Assembly: GCA_965218975.1 (NCBI GenBank)
Contig: OZ244717.1
Location: forward strand, 1,632,001 to 1,696,000
Length of the DNA: 64,000 bases
Direction of reading: 5' to 3'
From: Candidatus Oxydemutatoraceae bacterium
GTDB lineage: Bacteria; Pseudomonadota; Gammaproteobacteria; Poriferisulfidales; Oxydemutatoraceae
How positions within the stretch are numbered: the first letter of the stretch is position 1; each line of letters starts with the position of its first letter. Of this stretch, positions 1-8,364 are shown in pieces. The notes below the pieces were generated by a model. The model was not told the origin of the DNA, did not search any database, and saw nothing but the letters and a program-made list of their open reading frames with translations. The position numbers were made by a program, and so were the translations under genes.

Positions 1-478
1 GTCGGGTCGTTCGCCGCTGAAAACCGATTGGTTTTCCGGGCGCGTCTCACCCTGCTCGTCCATGACGAGACCTGGTTCTGTCAATGAGCACCAGCCCCGA
101 CGTCCTTGTCGGGTCGTTCGCCGCTGAAAACCGATTGGTTTTCCGGGCGCGTCTCACCCTGCTCATCCATGACGAGACTTGGTTCTGTCAATGAGCGCCA
201 GCCCCGACGTCCTTGTCGGGTCGTTTGCCGCTGAAAACCGATCGGTTTTCCAGGCGCGTCTCACCCTGCTCGTCCATGACGAGACTTGGTTCTGTTAATG
301 AACCCAGCCCCGACGTCCTTGTCGGGTCGTTCGCCACTGAAAACCAATCGGTTTTCCGGGCGCGTCTCACCCTGCTCGTCCATGACGAGACTTGGTTCTG
401 TCAATGAGCACCAGCCCCGACGTCCTTGTCGGGTCGTTCGCCGCTGAAAACCGATCGGTTTTCCGAGCGCGTCTCACC
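1..478. repeat. Tandem array of a ~107-bp palindromic unit (about 4.5 copies, runs off the left edge)
   Basis: GTCGGGTCGTT recurs at 1, 108, 215, 321 and 428. Each unit holds the hairpins CTCGTC-cat-GACGAG, CCCGAC-gtcctt-GTCGGG and GAAAACCG-at-CGGTTTTC. The same unit occurs at 45420-46374. Confidence 0.95.
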
Positions 479-586
479 CTGCACCGTTCTCATGCCGGTA
501 ACAGACAGAAAGCACCGATCCGAATGTTACTGCCGAATGCTTCCCCCGAAGCCCTTCAAAAATCCCATTTAGAGTGGCATCGTACA
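479..586 (+). mobile_element. Right end of an IS481-derived non-autonomous element (transposase C-terminal remnant plus terminal repeat ending ...GCATCGTACA)
   Basis: Translates LHRSHAGNRQKAPIRMLLPN, resembling the YNxxRPH tail of IS481/rve transposases. Near-identical to 46375-46482 and ends in ACA. Confidence 0.75.
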
Positions 587-591
587 AATCA

Positions 592-620
592 TTGACCGTT
601 CACAATCGTATCGTTAGAAT
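592..620 (+). promoter_or_regulatory. Sigma70-like promoter of tRNA-Asn
   Basis: TTGACC (592-597), 17-bp spacer, TAGAAT (615-620), 12 bp upstream of the tRNA. Confidence 0.65.
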
Positions 621-632
621 GCAATACCCTAT

Positions 633-708
633 TCCCCGGTAGCTCAGTCGGTAGAGCGGGTGACTGTTAATCACTAGGTCGGCGGTTCGAGCCCGTCCCG
701 GGGAGCCA
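633..708 (+). tRNA. tRNA-Asn (GTT)
   Basis: 76-nt cloverleaf with acceptor TCCCCGG/CCGGGGA, D arm AGCTCAGTCGGTAGAGC, anticodon loop CTGTTAA, T loop GGTTCGAGCCC and encoded CCA. Confidence 0.97.
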
Positions 709-959
709 GATTTAAAATTGGGAGAGGTCAGTCTCTTTGTCGTCTGCAATTCTCGGGAAACGTCAACAATAGCAAGCTGTTGCTTATCAGTAAATTCTTG
801 CAATCCCATCTCTTACGCGCCAAACGGCAAATCTTGCTTGTTGCTCTTGTCCATTGATTTTTTAATGTGAGGAAAATAAAAAGGGAATCTGCAAACGAAT
901 TTTTCTTGAAAAAGTAACGACCGAATATTTTGCTCTTTACTTAATCTTTACTTAATAAA

Positions 960-1952
960 TTAATAAACCCACACAATCTGCTTGAGGAGTTGATGTGCGG
1001 CAGCATACGGCAGAGTTCTACCATAGGAACGGGCTGGATGTACGGTGATTAGGGTCTCTGTGCCTCTATCGAGCAGATGTAATTGCATGAATTCCGCATC
1101 AGTATCTTCAAACTGAGCAATGCTATCGGTAGCATAGCGCACCATGTAAATGCCGCGGCTACGGTCGCTATCATAAACGTCTACTTCGGAACGCTCCAGT
1201 GCAACGCCGAGCTTGCGCCATACATCGCTATACGTGCTGCCAATAGTTAACACCGGCACTCCTTCCATATCAATAATCTCCAAAGGATGGGTGAGGTCTT
1301 CCAATTCGATCGCTGAGCCAGGCTCTGCTGTTGTTTGCAACTGAGCAAAGTAATCACGCAAGTCATACAACACATCCAACTCAGTTTCGATATCCGAAAA
1401 GCTCAATTGCCACTCTCCGTCACGGTATTGATTCCTACGATTCACGATATAAATATTTGTCAGTGCGTTCGCATCACGCTCAAGGCGTATACGAAACTTA
1501 TCCCGAATCTGCACACCATCCAACCGCTTGACAACACGCTCCAACCAATCTGTCTCCATCACTCCCGCCGCAGGATTCTGGCCGATAATTCTAAATCCGT
1601 ACCCTTCAAAGAAAGTGCGCACATATTCCCACACATCTGCCGGGCTTAAACCAATCAGCAGCCAAGCAGTATCACCCTCGCGAAATAATCGCATATCCAA
1701 TCGTTCAGGCAAGACGAAACTCGTCATCACTGCCGAACGCATGCTCATCTTAGAACCGGGAATAATATAGTCATCTTTCACTTTCGGAGTAACCAAACCG
1801 GGAGGAACCTCCAACTCCTCTCCTTCATCACCTTCACCTAAAATCGGCAATTCGAATTCTTCCAAAAAAGAATCACTGGTGGTTGTACAAGCAACCATTA
1901 GATATATTGCCATAACTGCAATTAAACATAACCGCCCAAACTTAATCATCAC
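960..1952 (-). CDS. bamC: Outer membrane protein assembly lipoprotein BamC (NlpB/DapX family)
   Basis: Lipobox-like LMVAC, LEVPPGL, GVMETDW and DRSRGIY motifs; overlaps the 3' end of dapA as in the conserved operon. Confidence 0.85.
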   Translation of the reverse strand: MMIKFGRLCLIAVMAIYLMVACTTTSDSFLEEFELPILGEGDEGEELEVPPGLVTPKVKDDYIIPGSKMSMRSAVMTSFVLPERLDMRLFREGDTAWLLIGLSPADVWEYVRTFFEGYGFRIIGQNPAAGVMETDWLERVVKRLDGVQIRDKFRIRLERDANALTNIYIVNRRNQYRDGEWQLSFSDIETELDVLYDLRDYFAQLQTTAEPGSAIELEDLTHPLEIIDMEGVPVLTIGSTYSDVWRKLGVALERSEVDVYDSDRSRGIYMVRYATDSIAQFEDTDAEFMQLHLLDRGTETLITVHPARSYGRTLPYAAAHQLLKQIVWVY

Positions 1953-2826
1953 AAATTACTCCGGCTTGTTTCATGGCTTGAGCGACTTTAGCATGATGGG
2001 AGTCGGACAGCGCTACCAGTGGCAAGCGCAAACCCGGAGGAATCTTACCCATTTGATATAGCGCCCATTTCACCGGAATGGGGTTGGACTCAATAAACAA
2101 CATTTCATGCAAACCGCACAGCTCTTTATCAATCCGCATCGTAGCAATGCGATCGCCCGCCAGCGCCGCAACCGTCATTTCATGCATCTTCTTCGGCGTA
2201 ATATTGCCGGTTACCGATATTACGCCCCTTCCGCCTCGCAAAATCATTTCTGCCGCGGCGGTATCCTCACCGCTGACCACAGCAAAGTCATCACCGCAAC
2301 GGCGCATAATCTCAAGACTACGTTGCAACGACCCGGTAGCTTCTTTTACGCCGATAATTTCCGGAATAACGCTTAATCGTTCAATTGTCTCCGGCAACAT
2401 ATCGCACGCAGTACGCCCCGGCACATTATATAAAATCTGTGGAATGGAAACTGCCTCGGCAATAGTTTTGTAGTGTTGGTACAAGCCTTCTTGCGGTGGC
2501 TTATTATAGTAAGGCGTGACTAATAAGCATGCGTCAGCACCTGCCTTAGCGGCATCACGCGTTAATTCTAATGCTTCCTGTGTTGAGTTAGCTCCCGTTC
2601 CGGCAATAACCGGAACGCGCCTCTTCACTTGTTTGACTACGAAACGCACCACATCGCAGTGCTCTTGAAAAGTCAACGTCGCCGACTCACCAGTTGTCCC
2701 GGCGGGTACAATCGCGTCACTACCCTCTTGAATATGAAACTCAATCAAGTCGGCGAACGTGTCGTAAGCAATTGAACCATCAATTTGCATCGGAGTCACA
2801 ATCGCAACCATACTGCCTTGAAACAT
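1942..2826 (-). CDS. dapA: 4-hydroxy-tetrahydrodipicolinate synthase
   Basis: GTTGES, PYYNKP, YNVPGRT, GVKEATG and ESNPIPVK motifs. Confidence 0.97.
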   Translation of the reverse strand: MFQGSMVAIVTPMQIDGSIAYDTFADLIEFHIQEGSDAIVPAGTTGESATLTFQEHCDVVRFVVKQVKRRVPVIAGTGANSTQEALELTRDAAKAGADACLLVTPYYNKPPQEGLYQHYKTIAEAVSIPQILYNVPGRTACDMLPETIERLSVIPEIIGVKEATGSLQRSLEIMRRCGDDFAVVSGEDTAAAEMILRGGRGVISVTGNITPKKMHEMTVAALAGDRIATMRIDKELCGLHEMLFIESNPIPVKWALYQMGKIPPGLRLPLVALSDSHHAKVAQAMKQAGVICDD

Positions 2827-2986
2827 TATTTCCCCTGTCGTGATAAATTCCTTAGACTAAAATAACTTGTCATACAGTTTTACACACTCGTTGACACACT
2901 AGGTTTTTGCGGTCGACAGAAACTGAATTTACGTTTCAGGGTCTAGCGCATATTGTAAGGTCTATCGGTCAGATACCACAAGTCTT

Positions 2987-3327
2987 TGTACGTGTCCAAT
3001 ACATACTGGATTCTTGGATCTCAATAAAAAGGTGACCGATATGCAATATCAGCACATCGGCCACCGCATCAAAGGTTTCTATAGAGTCCCTTTCAATTTC
3101 AAAAATGGAGGCGTATGAGCACAACAGTTCAGCAAAAATATGATTCGCTAGTATTTTGGGAGGGGTATAATTCCCGAAAGAATTCGGATGAATTCAACGA
3201 GCGTTTACGGTCATATTCGGGGTGGTACAATATGCGCCGACCGCATGCCGGTTTAGATCAACAGCCGCCATTCCGAATGTTGATCCCAAACAACCCAAAA
3301 AGATCCGGAATGTATTGGACACGCACA
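2987..3327 (+). mobile_element. 341-bp IS481-derived MITE (internally deleted)
   Basis: 25-bp terminal inverted repeats: TGTACGTGTCCAATACATACTGGAT versus the reverse complement TGTGCGTGTCCAATACATTCCGGAT. The interior fuses a transposase N-terminus (shared with 45134-45290) to the WYNMRRPHAGL C-terminus. Confidence 0.85.
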
Positions 3328-3398
3328 AACATTGTCATTTTCCCCCATTCTCTGTTAAAATATCAGCTAAAGTTTGGCTTTTATCAAAGGTGATTAAT

Positions 3399-4055
3399 AT
3401 GCAACAACGAACTTCAATAATTTCACAACCCATTCTGGCGACCAACAAGCTTATTCGCAATACTTATATGCTTTTGACGCTAACTTTGCTCACCAGCGCT
3501 ATTGCCGCAGGTGTCGCGATGATAAATCGAGTTGGTTTTGTCAATCCTATTTTGATGCTAGTTATTTTCATCGGGATGCCGTTTGTCATCCACCGCATTC
3601 GTAACAGCGCGTGGGCACTGCCGGTCACATTTTTATTCACTGCATTTATGGGCTATGTCCTTGGCCCCATCTTGAGCGCTTATCTCGGCTTGCCCAACGG
3701 GCCTCAAATTGTGATGGGTGCGTTCTCAACGACAGCAGCAATGTTCCTCGGATTGTCCGGTTACGCTTTAGTGACACGCCACAACTTTAGTTTCATGCGT
3801 GGATTTTTGATGGTTGGGCTAGTGGTAACGCTTGGCGCAATCATCGTTAATTTATTTATGCAACTTCCCGCACTTTCACTCACTATTTCCACAATTGCCG
3901 TAATACTGATGAGCGGGATGATTCTGTATGACACCAGTCGCATGGTGCATGGCGGTGAAAATAATTATATCATGATGACGGTTTCTCTCTACGCCAATAT
4001 TTACGTATTGTTCGTGCATCTGCTAAACCTGTTTTCTCTTACTAGCAGCGATTAA
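3399..4055 (+). CDS. yccA: Bax inhibitor-1/YccA family membrane protein
   Basis: RNTYMLL, FTAFMGY.LGPIL, ILYDTS and GGENNYI motifs; multi-TM. Start reassigned to ATG 3399 because the upstream extension lies in the MITE. Confidence 0.92.
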   Translation: MQQRTSIISQPILATNKLIRNTYMLLTLTLLTSAIAAGVAMINRVGFVNPILMLVIFIGMPFVIHRIRNSAWALPVTFLFTAFMGYVLGPILSAYLGLPNGPQIVMGAFSTTAAMFLGLSGYALVTRHNFSFMRGFLMVGLVVTLGAIIVNLFMQLPALSLTISTIAVILMSGMILYDTSRMVHGGENNYIMMTVSLYANIYVLFVHLLNLFSLTSSD

Positions 4056-4282
4056 TTGCTGACGTTGAATTATTAGTTGTATCGGAACCCGCCGGTTGCG
4101 CTTTGCCATTGAGTTAATGACACCGAATCGTTCATGCGGGTTCCTTTGATGCCGTCCTTGATTATAAGTACGCTATTATTTAGCAACGGTCTTAGCTTAT
4201 CCTCTACCTCTCCTAAAGTATTCTTTTCGTACCTCGGCCGGGCTACATTTGCCGTTGCCACGATTATCGATAGCCGGAATTC

Positions 4283-4618
4283 ATGACAAAAACTTCATTC
4301 TTATTACGAGCGTCGCAAGTAATCGAGTCGGTCTTTGATCAAATCAGCGAACAAGAATCCTTGGAAGACTTTGACGTTGACCGAGTTGGTGACGTGCTCA
4401 CGATGGATTTCGGCGATGGAAAAAAAATGATCTTAAACATTCAGGCTGCCGCCAACCAATTGTGGCTGGCATCACCCGAAGGCCCCGCTCATTTTAATTA
4501 CGATGAAACAGACGGACAATGGTGCAACGATAGAACCGGTGAGACGCTTGATGATGTAATCAGTCGTGTGCTCAGCGCCGAATCCGGTAAGAATATTATC
4601 ATTACTCCGGATGAATAA
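4283..4618 (+). CDS. cyaY: Iron donor protein CyaY (frataxin family)
   Basis: GDVLTMDF, ILNIQ...QLWLASPEGPAHF and W..DRTGE motifs; 111 aa, acidic. Confidence 0.9.
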   Translation: MTKTSFLLRASQVIESVFDQISEQESLEDFDVDRVGDVLTMDFGDGKKMILNIQAAANQLWLASPEGPAHFNYDETDGQWCNDRTGETLDDVISRVLSAESGKNIIITPDE

Positions 4619-5102
4619 CCGCACCGGTAGTCACAGCAGAACCGATAGTAACTTCACCACCCTCACATACAATTGCATTAATCCCTCCGTAACCGCGCAT
4701 TGCGTTATACCAACCCTCGCCTAGCGCTTCCGCCATACGCGCACAAGGATGACAATCTCCGCTACCTTGCAGAACCACGTTGTCGATTTGAAAATATCTG
4801 CCGATTAGCGCGCATAAGTTGATGCCGCTGACTACAAAGTTACGTCTTAAAGCGTCGGGAACAACTTGATCAATGCCTGCAAGTTTTGCGATCGTCGGTA
4901 AATTTTCCTGCTGTATCAGCGTCACCTGACGTTTCCCACCGCCTTTAACTGCCCGGTGGTCACCTTCAATACCGCGGCCCGCGATTAAACGCGCCGATTG
5001 CACAATAGTCATAGGCGCACGGTGTGCGGAACGAAAACCGATCCACTCAACTTTACCCGAAGCAGCAAAGCAATCTTTAATGTTACGAATCAATACATTC
5101 AT
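4602..5102 (-). CDS. MOSC domain protein
   Basis: GIEGD, RQVTLIQ, LRRNFVVSG, C.PCARM and GGINA motifs. Confidence 0.88.
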   Translation of the reverse strand: MNVLIRNIKDCFAASGKVEWIGFRSAHRAPMTIVQSARLIAGRGIEGDHRAVKGGGKRQVTLIQQENLPTIAKLAGIDQVVPDALRRNFVVSGINLCALIGRYFQIDNVVLQGSGDCHPCARMAEALGEGWYNAMRGYGGINAIVCEGGEVTIGSAVTTGAVIHPE

Positions 5103-6391
5103 TAAAAGCCTATTTTGTCAGCTTTAATCAAAGCCTTCCCTTCCATGTAAAGAAGCAACGCTTCCGGAATACGAATAGAACCGTCTTCGGTTTGATAATT
5201 TTCAAGCAATGCGGCCAACGTGCGTCCCGCCGCCAAACCCGACCCATTCAAAGTATGCACAAGCTTTGGCTTGGAAACGGAAGGATAACGCACGCGCGCC
5301 TGCATTCGGCGTGCTTGGAAATCTGTCATATTACTGCATGATGATACCTCAAAATATCTCTTCTGACCCGGCAACCATACTTCAATGTCGTATGTTTTTG
5401 CGGAGGAAAATCCTAAATCACGACTGCATAACTCAACGACCCGGTACGGCAATTCCAGTAGTTGTAAAATCTTTTCGGCGTGTCCGGTTAGCTCTTCTAG
5501 TGCCGCCGGTGAATCTTTTGCTTCGACAATTTGCACTAATTCAACTTTTTCAAACTGATGTTGCCGCAAGATTCCGCGAGTATCTTTACCGTAGCTCCCC
5601 GCCTCGGAGCGAAAACATGGCGTATGCGCGGCGAATTTTAGCGGTAAGTCATTGGCATCGATAATCTTATCTCGGCATATATTAGTCAACGGTACTTCTG
5701 CCGTCGGAATTAAATAGAAATCGCTGTTGCTAATTTCAAACAAATCTTTGCTAAATTTCGGTAATTGCCCGGTACCCCGCAAACTAACGTGATTGGCAAG
5801 ATAAGGCACATACACTTCGCGGTAGCCATGTTGCCGAACATGTGTATCAAGCATTAAACGGATTAACGCTCGATGCAACAAAGCCAAATCGTCAAAAAAA
5901 ACCGCGAATCTTGTACCGGCAAGTTTCGCCGCGATTGACGTACTCATCATCGCTAAACCTTCAGCCAAATCAACATGATCCTTTGCAATAAATTGAAAGT
6001 TAGGCGCTAAACTCCAACGACGAATTTCAATATTATCACTCTCATCTTTGCCGTCGGGTACGGAATCATCAGGAATGTTCGGCAATTCTAAAAGAATCGC
6101 TTCCAATTTTTCCCGCACCTCATGCAGTTTCTTCTCACATCCTTCAATTTGCTGCTTTATACCTGCCGCACGTTCTAATAAAACGCTGGCGCCATCCGCT
6201 TCGCGTTTGGCAGTCGCAATTTCTTTCGCCAATTTCTTGCTACTTGATTGCAATGTTTCAACTTCAATTTGCAAAGACTTGCGCTTGGTTTCCAATGTTT
6301 GATACTTTGCTTGATCAAACATGCTGCCGCGCCTATGTAATGCGGCAGCAATTGTTTCCGTTTCGTTGCGTAGTCGCTTAGGGTCAAGCAT
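5102..6391 (-). CDS. serS: Serine--tRNA ligase
   Basis: LIPTAEVP, FRSEAGSYGKDTRG, RQHQFEKVE and HTLNGSGLA motifs. Confidence 0.98.
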   Translation of the reverse strand: MLDPKRLRNETETIAAALHRRGSMFDQAKYQTLETKRKSLQIEVETLQSSSKKLAKEIATAKREADGASVLLERAAGIKQQIEGCEKKLHEVREKLEAILLELPNIPDDSVPDGKDESDNIEIRRWSLAPNFQFIAKDHVDLAEGLAMMSTSIAAKLAGTRFAVFFDDLALLHRALIRLMLDTHVRQHGYREVYVPYLANHVSLRGTGQLPKFSKDLFEISNSDFYLIPTAEVPLTNICRDKIIDANDLPLKFAAHTPCFRSEAGSYGKDTRGILRQHQFEKVELVQIVEAKDSPAALEELTGHAEKILQLLELPYRVVELCSRDLGFSSAKTYDIEVWLPGQKRYFEVSSCSNMTDFQARRMQARVRYPSVSKPKLVHTLNGSGLAAGRTLAALLENYQTEDGSIRIPEALLLYMEGKALIKADKIGF

Positions 6392-6608
6392 TAAGTTGCC
6401 GACCCGCTGAAATTAAACCCGATGCAACTGAAAATGCACACAACGCTAAGTAGAATATTAGTAAGTACGCCGAAAGCGATGAACTACCGATAATGGGAAT
6501 TAATGCCACATAAGGAGACTTGATCAGGAACAAAACACGAACACGCATGACGCTACAATGAAGCATAGCGCCGACACTGCTTCCCATCACGGCTGACAAT
6601 AATTTCAT
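6384..6608 (-). pseudogene. Probable decayed fluoride exporter crcB/fluC remnant
   Basis: 74-aa hydrophobic ORF starting MKLLSAVMGSSVGAMLH (compare CrcB ..GGAlGA.lR). It overlaps the serS start, where crcB often lies, and lacks the GxLTTFS motif. Confidence 0.45.
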
Positions 6609-6699
6609 AATCTATAAACAAAGCGGCTATTCTAGCAAATATTAGGCATACAAGCAGACAACGCTTCAGATGCTTTGGTTATAAGTTGGCGGACCTAAT

Positions 6700-6810
6700 T
6701 AAATGAGGTGCCCCATTGAGAGGCACCAAAGATTAGTCATAAAAGACGTATCCTGCTGATAATTTTGTTGTAAAAAACGAGCAGGCTCAGTTCAGGTACA
6801 ATCTGCAGTG
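6700..6810 (-). ncRNA. tracrRNA of the type II-C system
   Basis: 6767-6802 is a 36-nt anti-repeat whose differences from the repeat are mostly G:U-compatible on the minus strand. It is followed by the hairpin GGTGCCTC-tcaat-GGGGCACC (6707-6727) and has its own promoter. Confidence 0.85.
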
Positions 6811-6816
6811 CCTCTT

Positions 6817-6845
6817 AGTATAAAAGAAGCGAGCGGTTAATGCAA
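6817..6845 (-). promoter_or_regulatory. Sigma70-like promoter of the tracrRNA
   Basis: Minus strand TTGCAT (6845-6840), 17 bp, TATACT (6822-6817), just upstream of the anti-repeat. Confidence 0.75.
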
Positions 6846-6850
6846 ATCAA

Positions 6851-7047
6851 TGTATAGGTCTATAACATTTGGCACTCCGGGGGTGGTGAGTCAGGAGCGA
6901 TCAATGACCGGTTATGGGAGTATTTGGTGTGGTATAACCTGCATCGTCCTCATGCCGGCAAATAGACAGAAAGCACCGATTCGAATGTTACTGCCAAACA
7001 CTTCTCCTGAGGCTCGGCAAAAATTCCATTTAGGGTAGCATCGCACA
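6851..7047 (+). mobile_element. IS481-derived remnant/MITE
   Basis: NDRLWEYLVWYNLHRPHAG, then (frameshifted) NRQKAPIRMLLPN; ends ...GCATCGCACA like 586, 14011 and 46482. The left end TGTATAGGTC at 6851 is tentative. Confidence 0.7.
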
Positions 7048-7098
7048 GAAACTGTTTTAGTTATAGCATATAATCTGAAACAAACGTAGGAGGTAATT

Positions 7099-7390
7099 AT
7101 GAAAAAACATTATATCTGCGTAATAATTTTACTATTAGCGCCAACTATTTACGGACAATCATAACGAACAACCGTCAGTGCCGGAAAACCAATATCTGAC
7201 GTGGCCTTATGTTATTGTAGATTGCGGGCAGGTTCAGTTCAGGTACAATCAAGTTTACCAACTACACGACAAAGATCACTGGTCGCCATATGCGGCTTTA
7301 ATCGATTTGCGGTCGGAGGATGTAAATAGCCCGGCCGAATGGACTTTACAGATAATATTAGCACCTTTGCACGGACATGAAGAAGAATAA
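7099..7390 (+). pseudogene. Possible frameshifted small exported-protein gene spanning an orphan CRISPR repeat
   Basis: AGGAGG RBS, then MKKHYICVIILLLAPTIYGQS* (7099-7164). The +1 frame is open 7139-7390 and reads through the repeat as IVDCGQVQFRYN. Confidence 0.35.
7214..7249 (+). CRISPR. Isolated perfect CRISPR repeat
   Basis: ATTGTAGATTGCGGGCAGGTTCAGTTCAGGTACAAT, identical to the array consensus and 644 bp left of the array. Confidence 0.95.
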
Positions 7391-7415
7391 AATGGAACTA
7401 AGGAAGTAAAAAATT

Positions 7416-7706
7416 ATGATATCTAAAAAACTTAAACTACTGTTTGGCGTTGCAATTATCGGTGTCTCAACGATTGGTATTTGCGAGGAACCAATCATCG
7501 CAACGCAAACTAAAATCTTAGAGACATATGAAACCGGTGTAACTATCTTAGCTTACGATGGTTTATGCGAAGCTATAGGAGAATGCAAAGGTATTGAATT
7601 GGATGACGATATTATCATTCTACGTGCGGATAATTACTGTAGTCTTTTCGGCAAAATAGCTTATCTAGTGCAATCGGATTGTCTTGTGAGATACAAAGAC
7701 ATTTAG
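7416..7706 (+). CDS. Hypothetical 96-aa protein with signal-peptide-like N-terminus, located between two CRISPR repeats
   Basis: AAGGAAG upstream; MISKKLKLLFGVAIIGVSTIGIC; several Cys; no recognised family. Confidence 0.55.
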   Translation: MISKKLKLLFGVAIIGVSTIGICEEPIIATQTKILETYETGVTILAYDGLCEAIGECKGIELDDDIIILRADNYCSLFGKIAYLVQSDCLVRYKDI

Positions 7707-7893
7707 GTTTGTCATAAGAAAAAACTAATTTATGTTTGTGTGTATGAATAATGTTTGAATTCCTTACGAATGACTTTTATAGAGGGATCTTATGGATATT
7801 ACTTATATTCTTTGTGTTATGGCTGTGGGTGATAGCTGTTATGAAGAATTGGGACGAATAGATACACTATGAGTATAGTTATGGTTCTAATAA

Positions 7894-8326
7894 ATTGTAG
7901 ATTGCGGGCAGGTTCAGTTCAGGTACAATTGCTGCACTAAATAGGATAATCTTCGGACTATTGTAGATTGCGGGCAGGTTCAGTTCAGGTACAATCCTGA
8001 ATATGCTATATCTGATGACTATTCCATTGTAGATTGCGGGCAGGTTCAGTTCAGGTACAATAAAAAATATCAGATAGAAACAGGACCAGGAATTGTAGAT
8101 TGCGGGCAGGTTCAGTTCAGGTACAATTCGACTTCAGGTGAAACTTTACTAACCTATATTGTAGATTGCGGGCAGGTTCAGTTCAGGTACAATTGGTGGC
8201 TAATTCGCGTTGGCTCGTCAGTGCATTGTAGATTGCGGGCAGGTTCAGTTCAGGTACAATTGTGAAATACATAGACACTTGGGTGTGTCAATTGTAGATT
8301 GCGGGCAGGCTCAGTTCAGGTACAAT
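7894..8326 (+). CRISPR. Type II-C CRISPR array: 7 repeats (36 bp) and 6 spacers (30-31 bp)
   Basis: Repeats start at 7894, 7960, 8026, 8092, 8158, 8225 and 8291; the last has one T>C change. The repeat ends in a -10-like TACAAT. Orientation inferred from tracrRNA pairing. Confidence 0.98.
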
Positions 8327-8364
8327 CAATACTTGCCTAAGCAATTGATATAAAGCGCTTTAAT

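Noticed and set aside
1-478. 107-bp repeats as a CRISPR array, and ORFs 188-595 as genes
   Set aside because: The units have no variable spacers, and the ORFs are translations of the repeat.
600-809. 69-aa minus-strand ORF
   Set aside because: Antisense to tRNA-Asn; no recognisable family.
6767-6802. Degenerate terminal CRISPR repeat defining a second giant spacer
   Set aside because: The wobble-type mismatches, dedicated promoter and downstream hairpin fit a tracrRNA anti-repeat better.
7930-8290. Self-targeting spacers as the cause of cas9 loss
   Set aside because: No match seen by eye in this window; a genome-wide search is needed, so it is not claimed.
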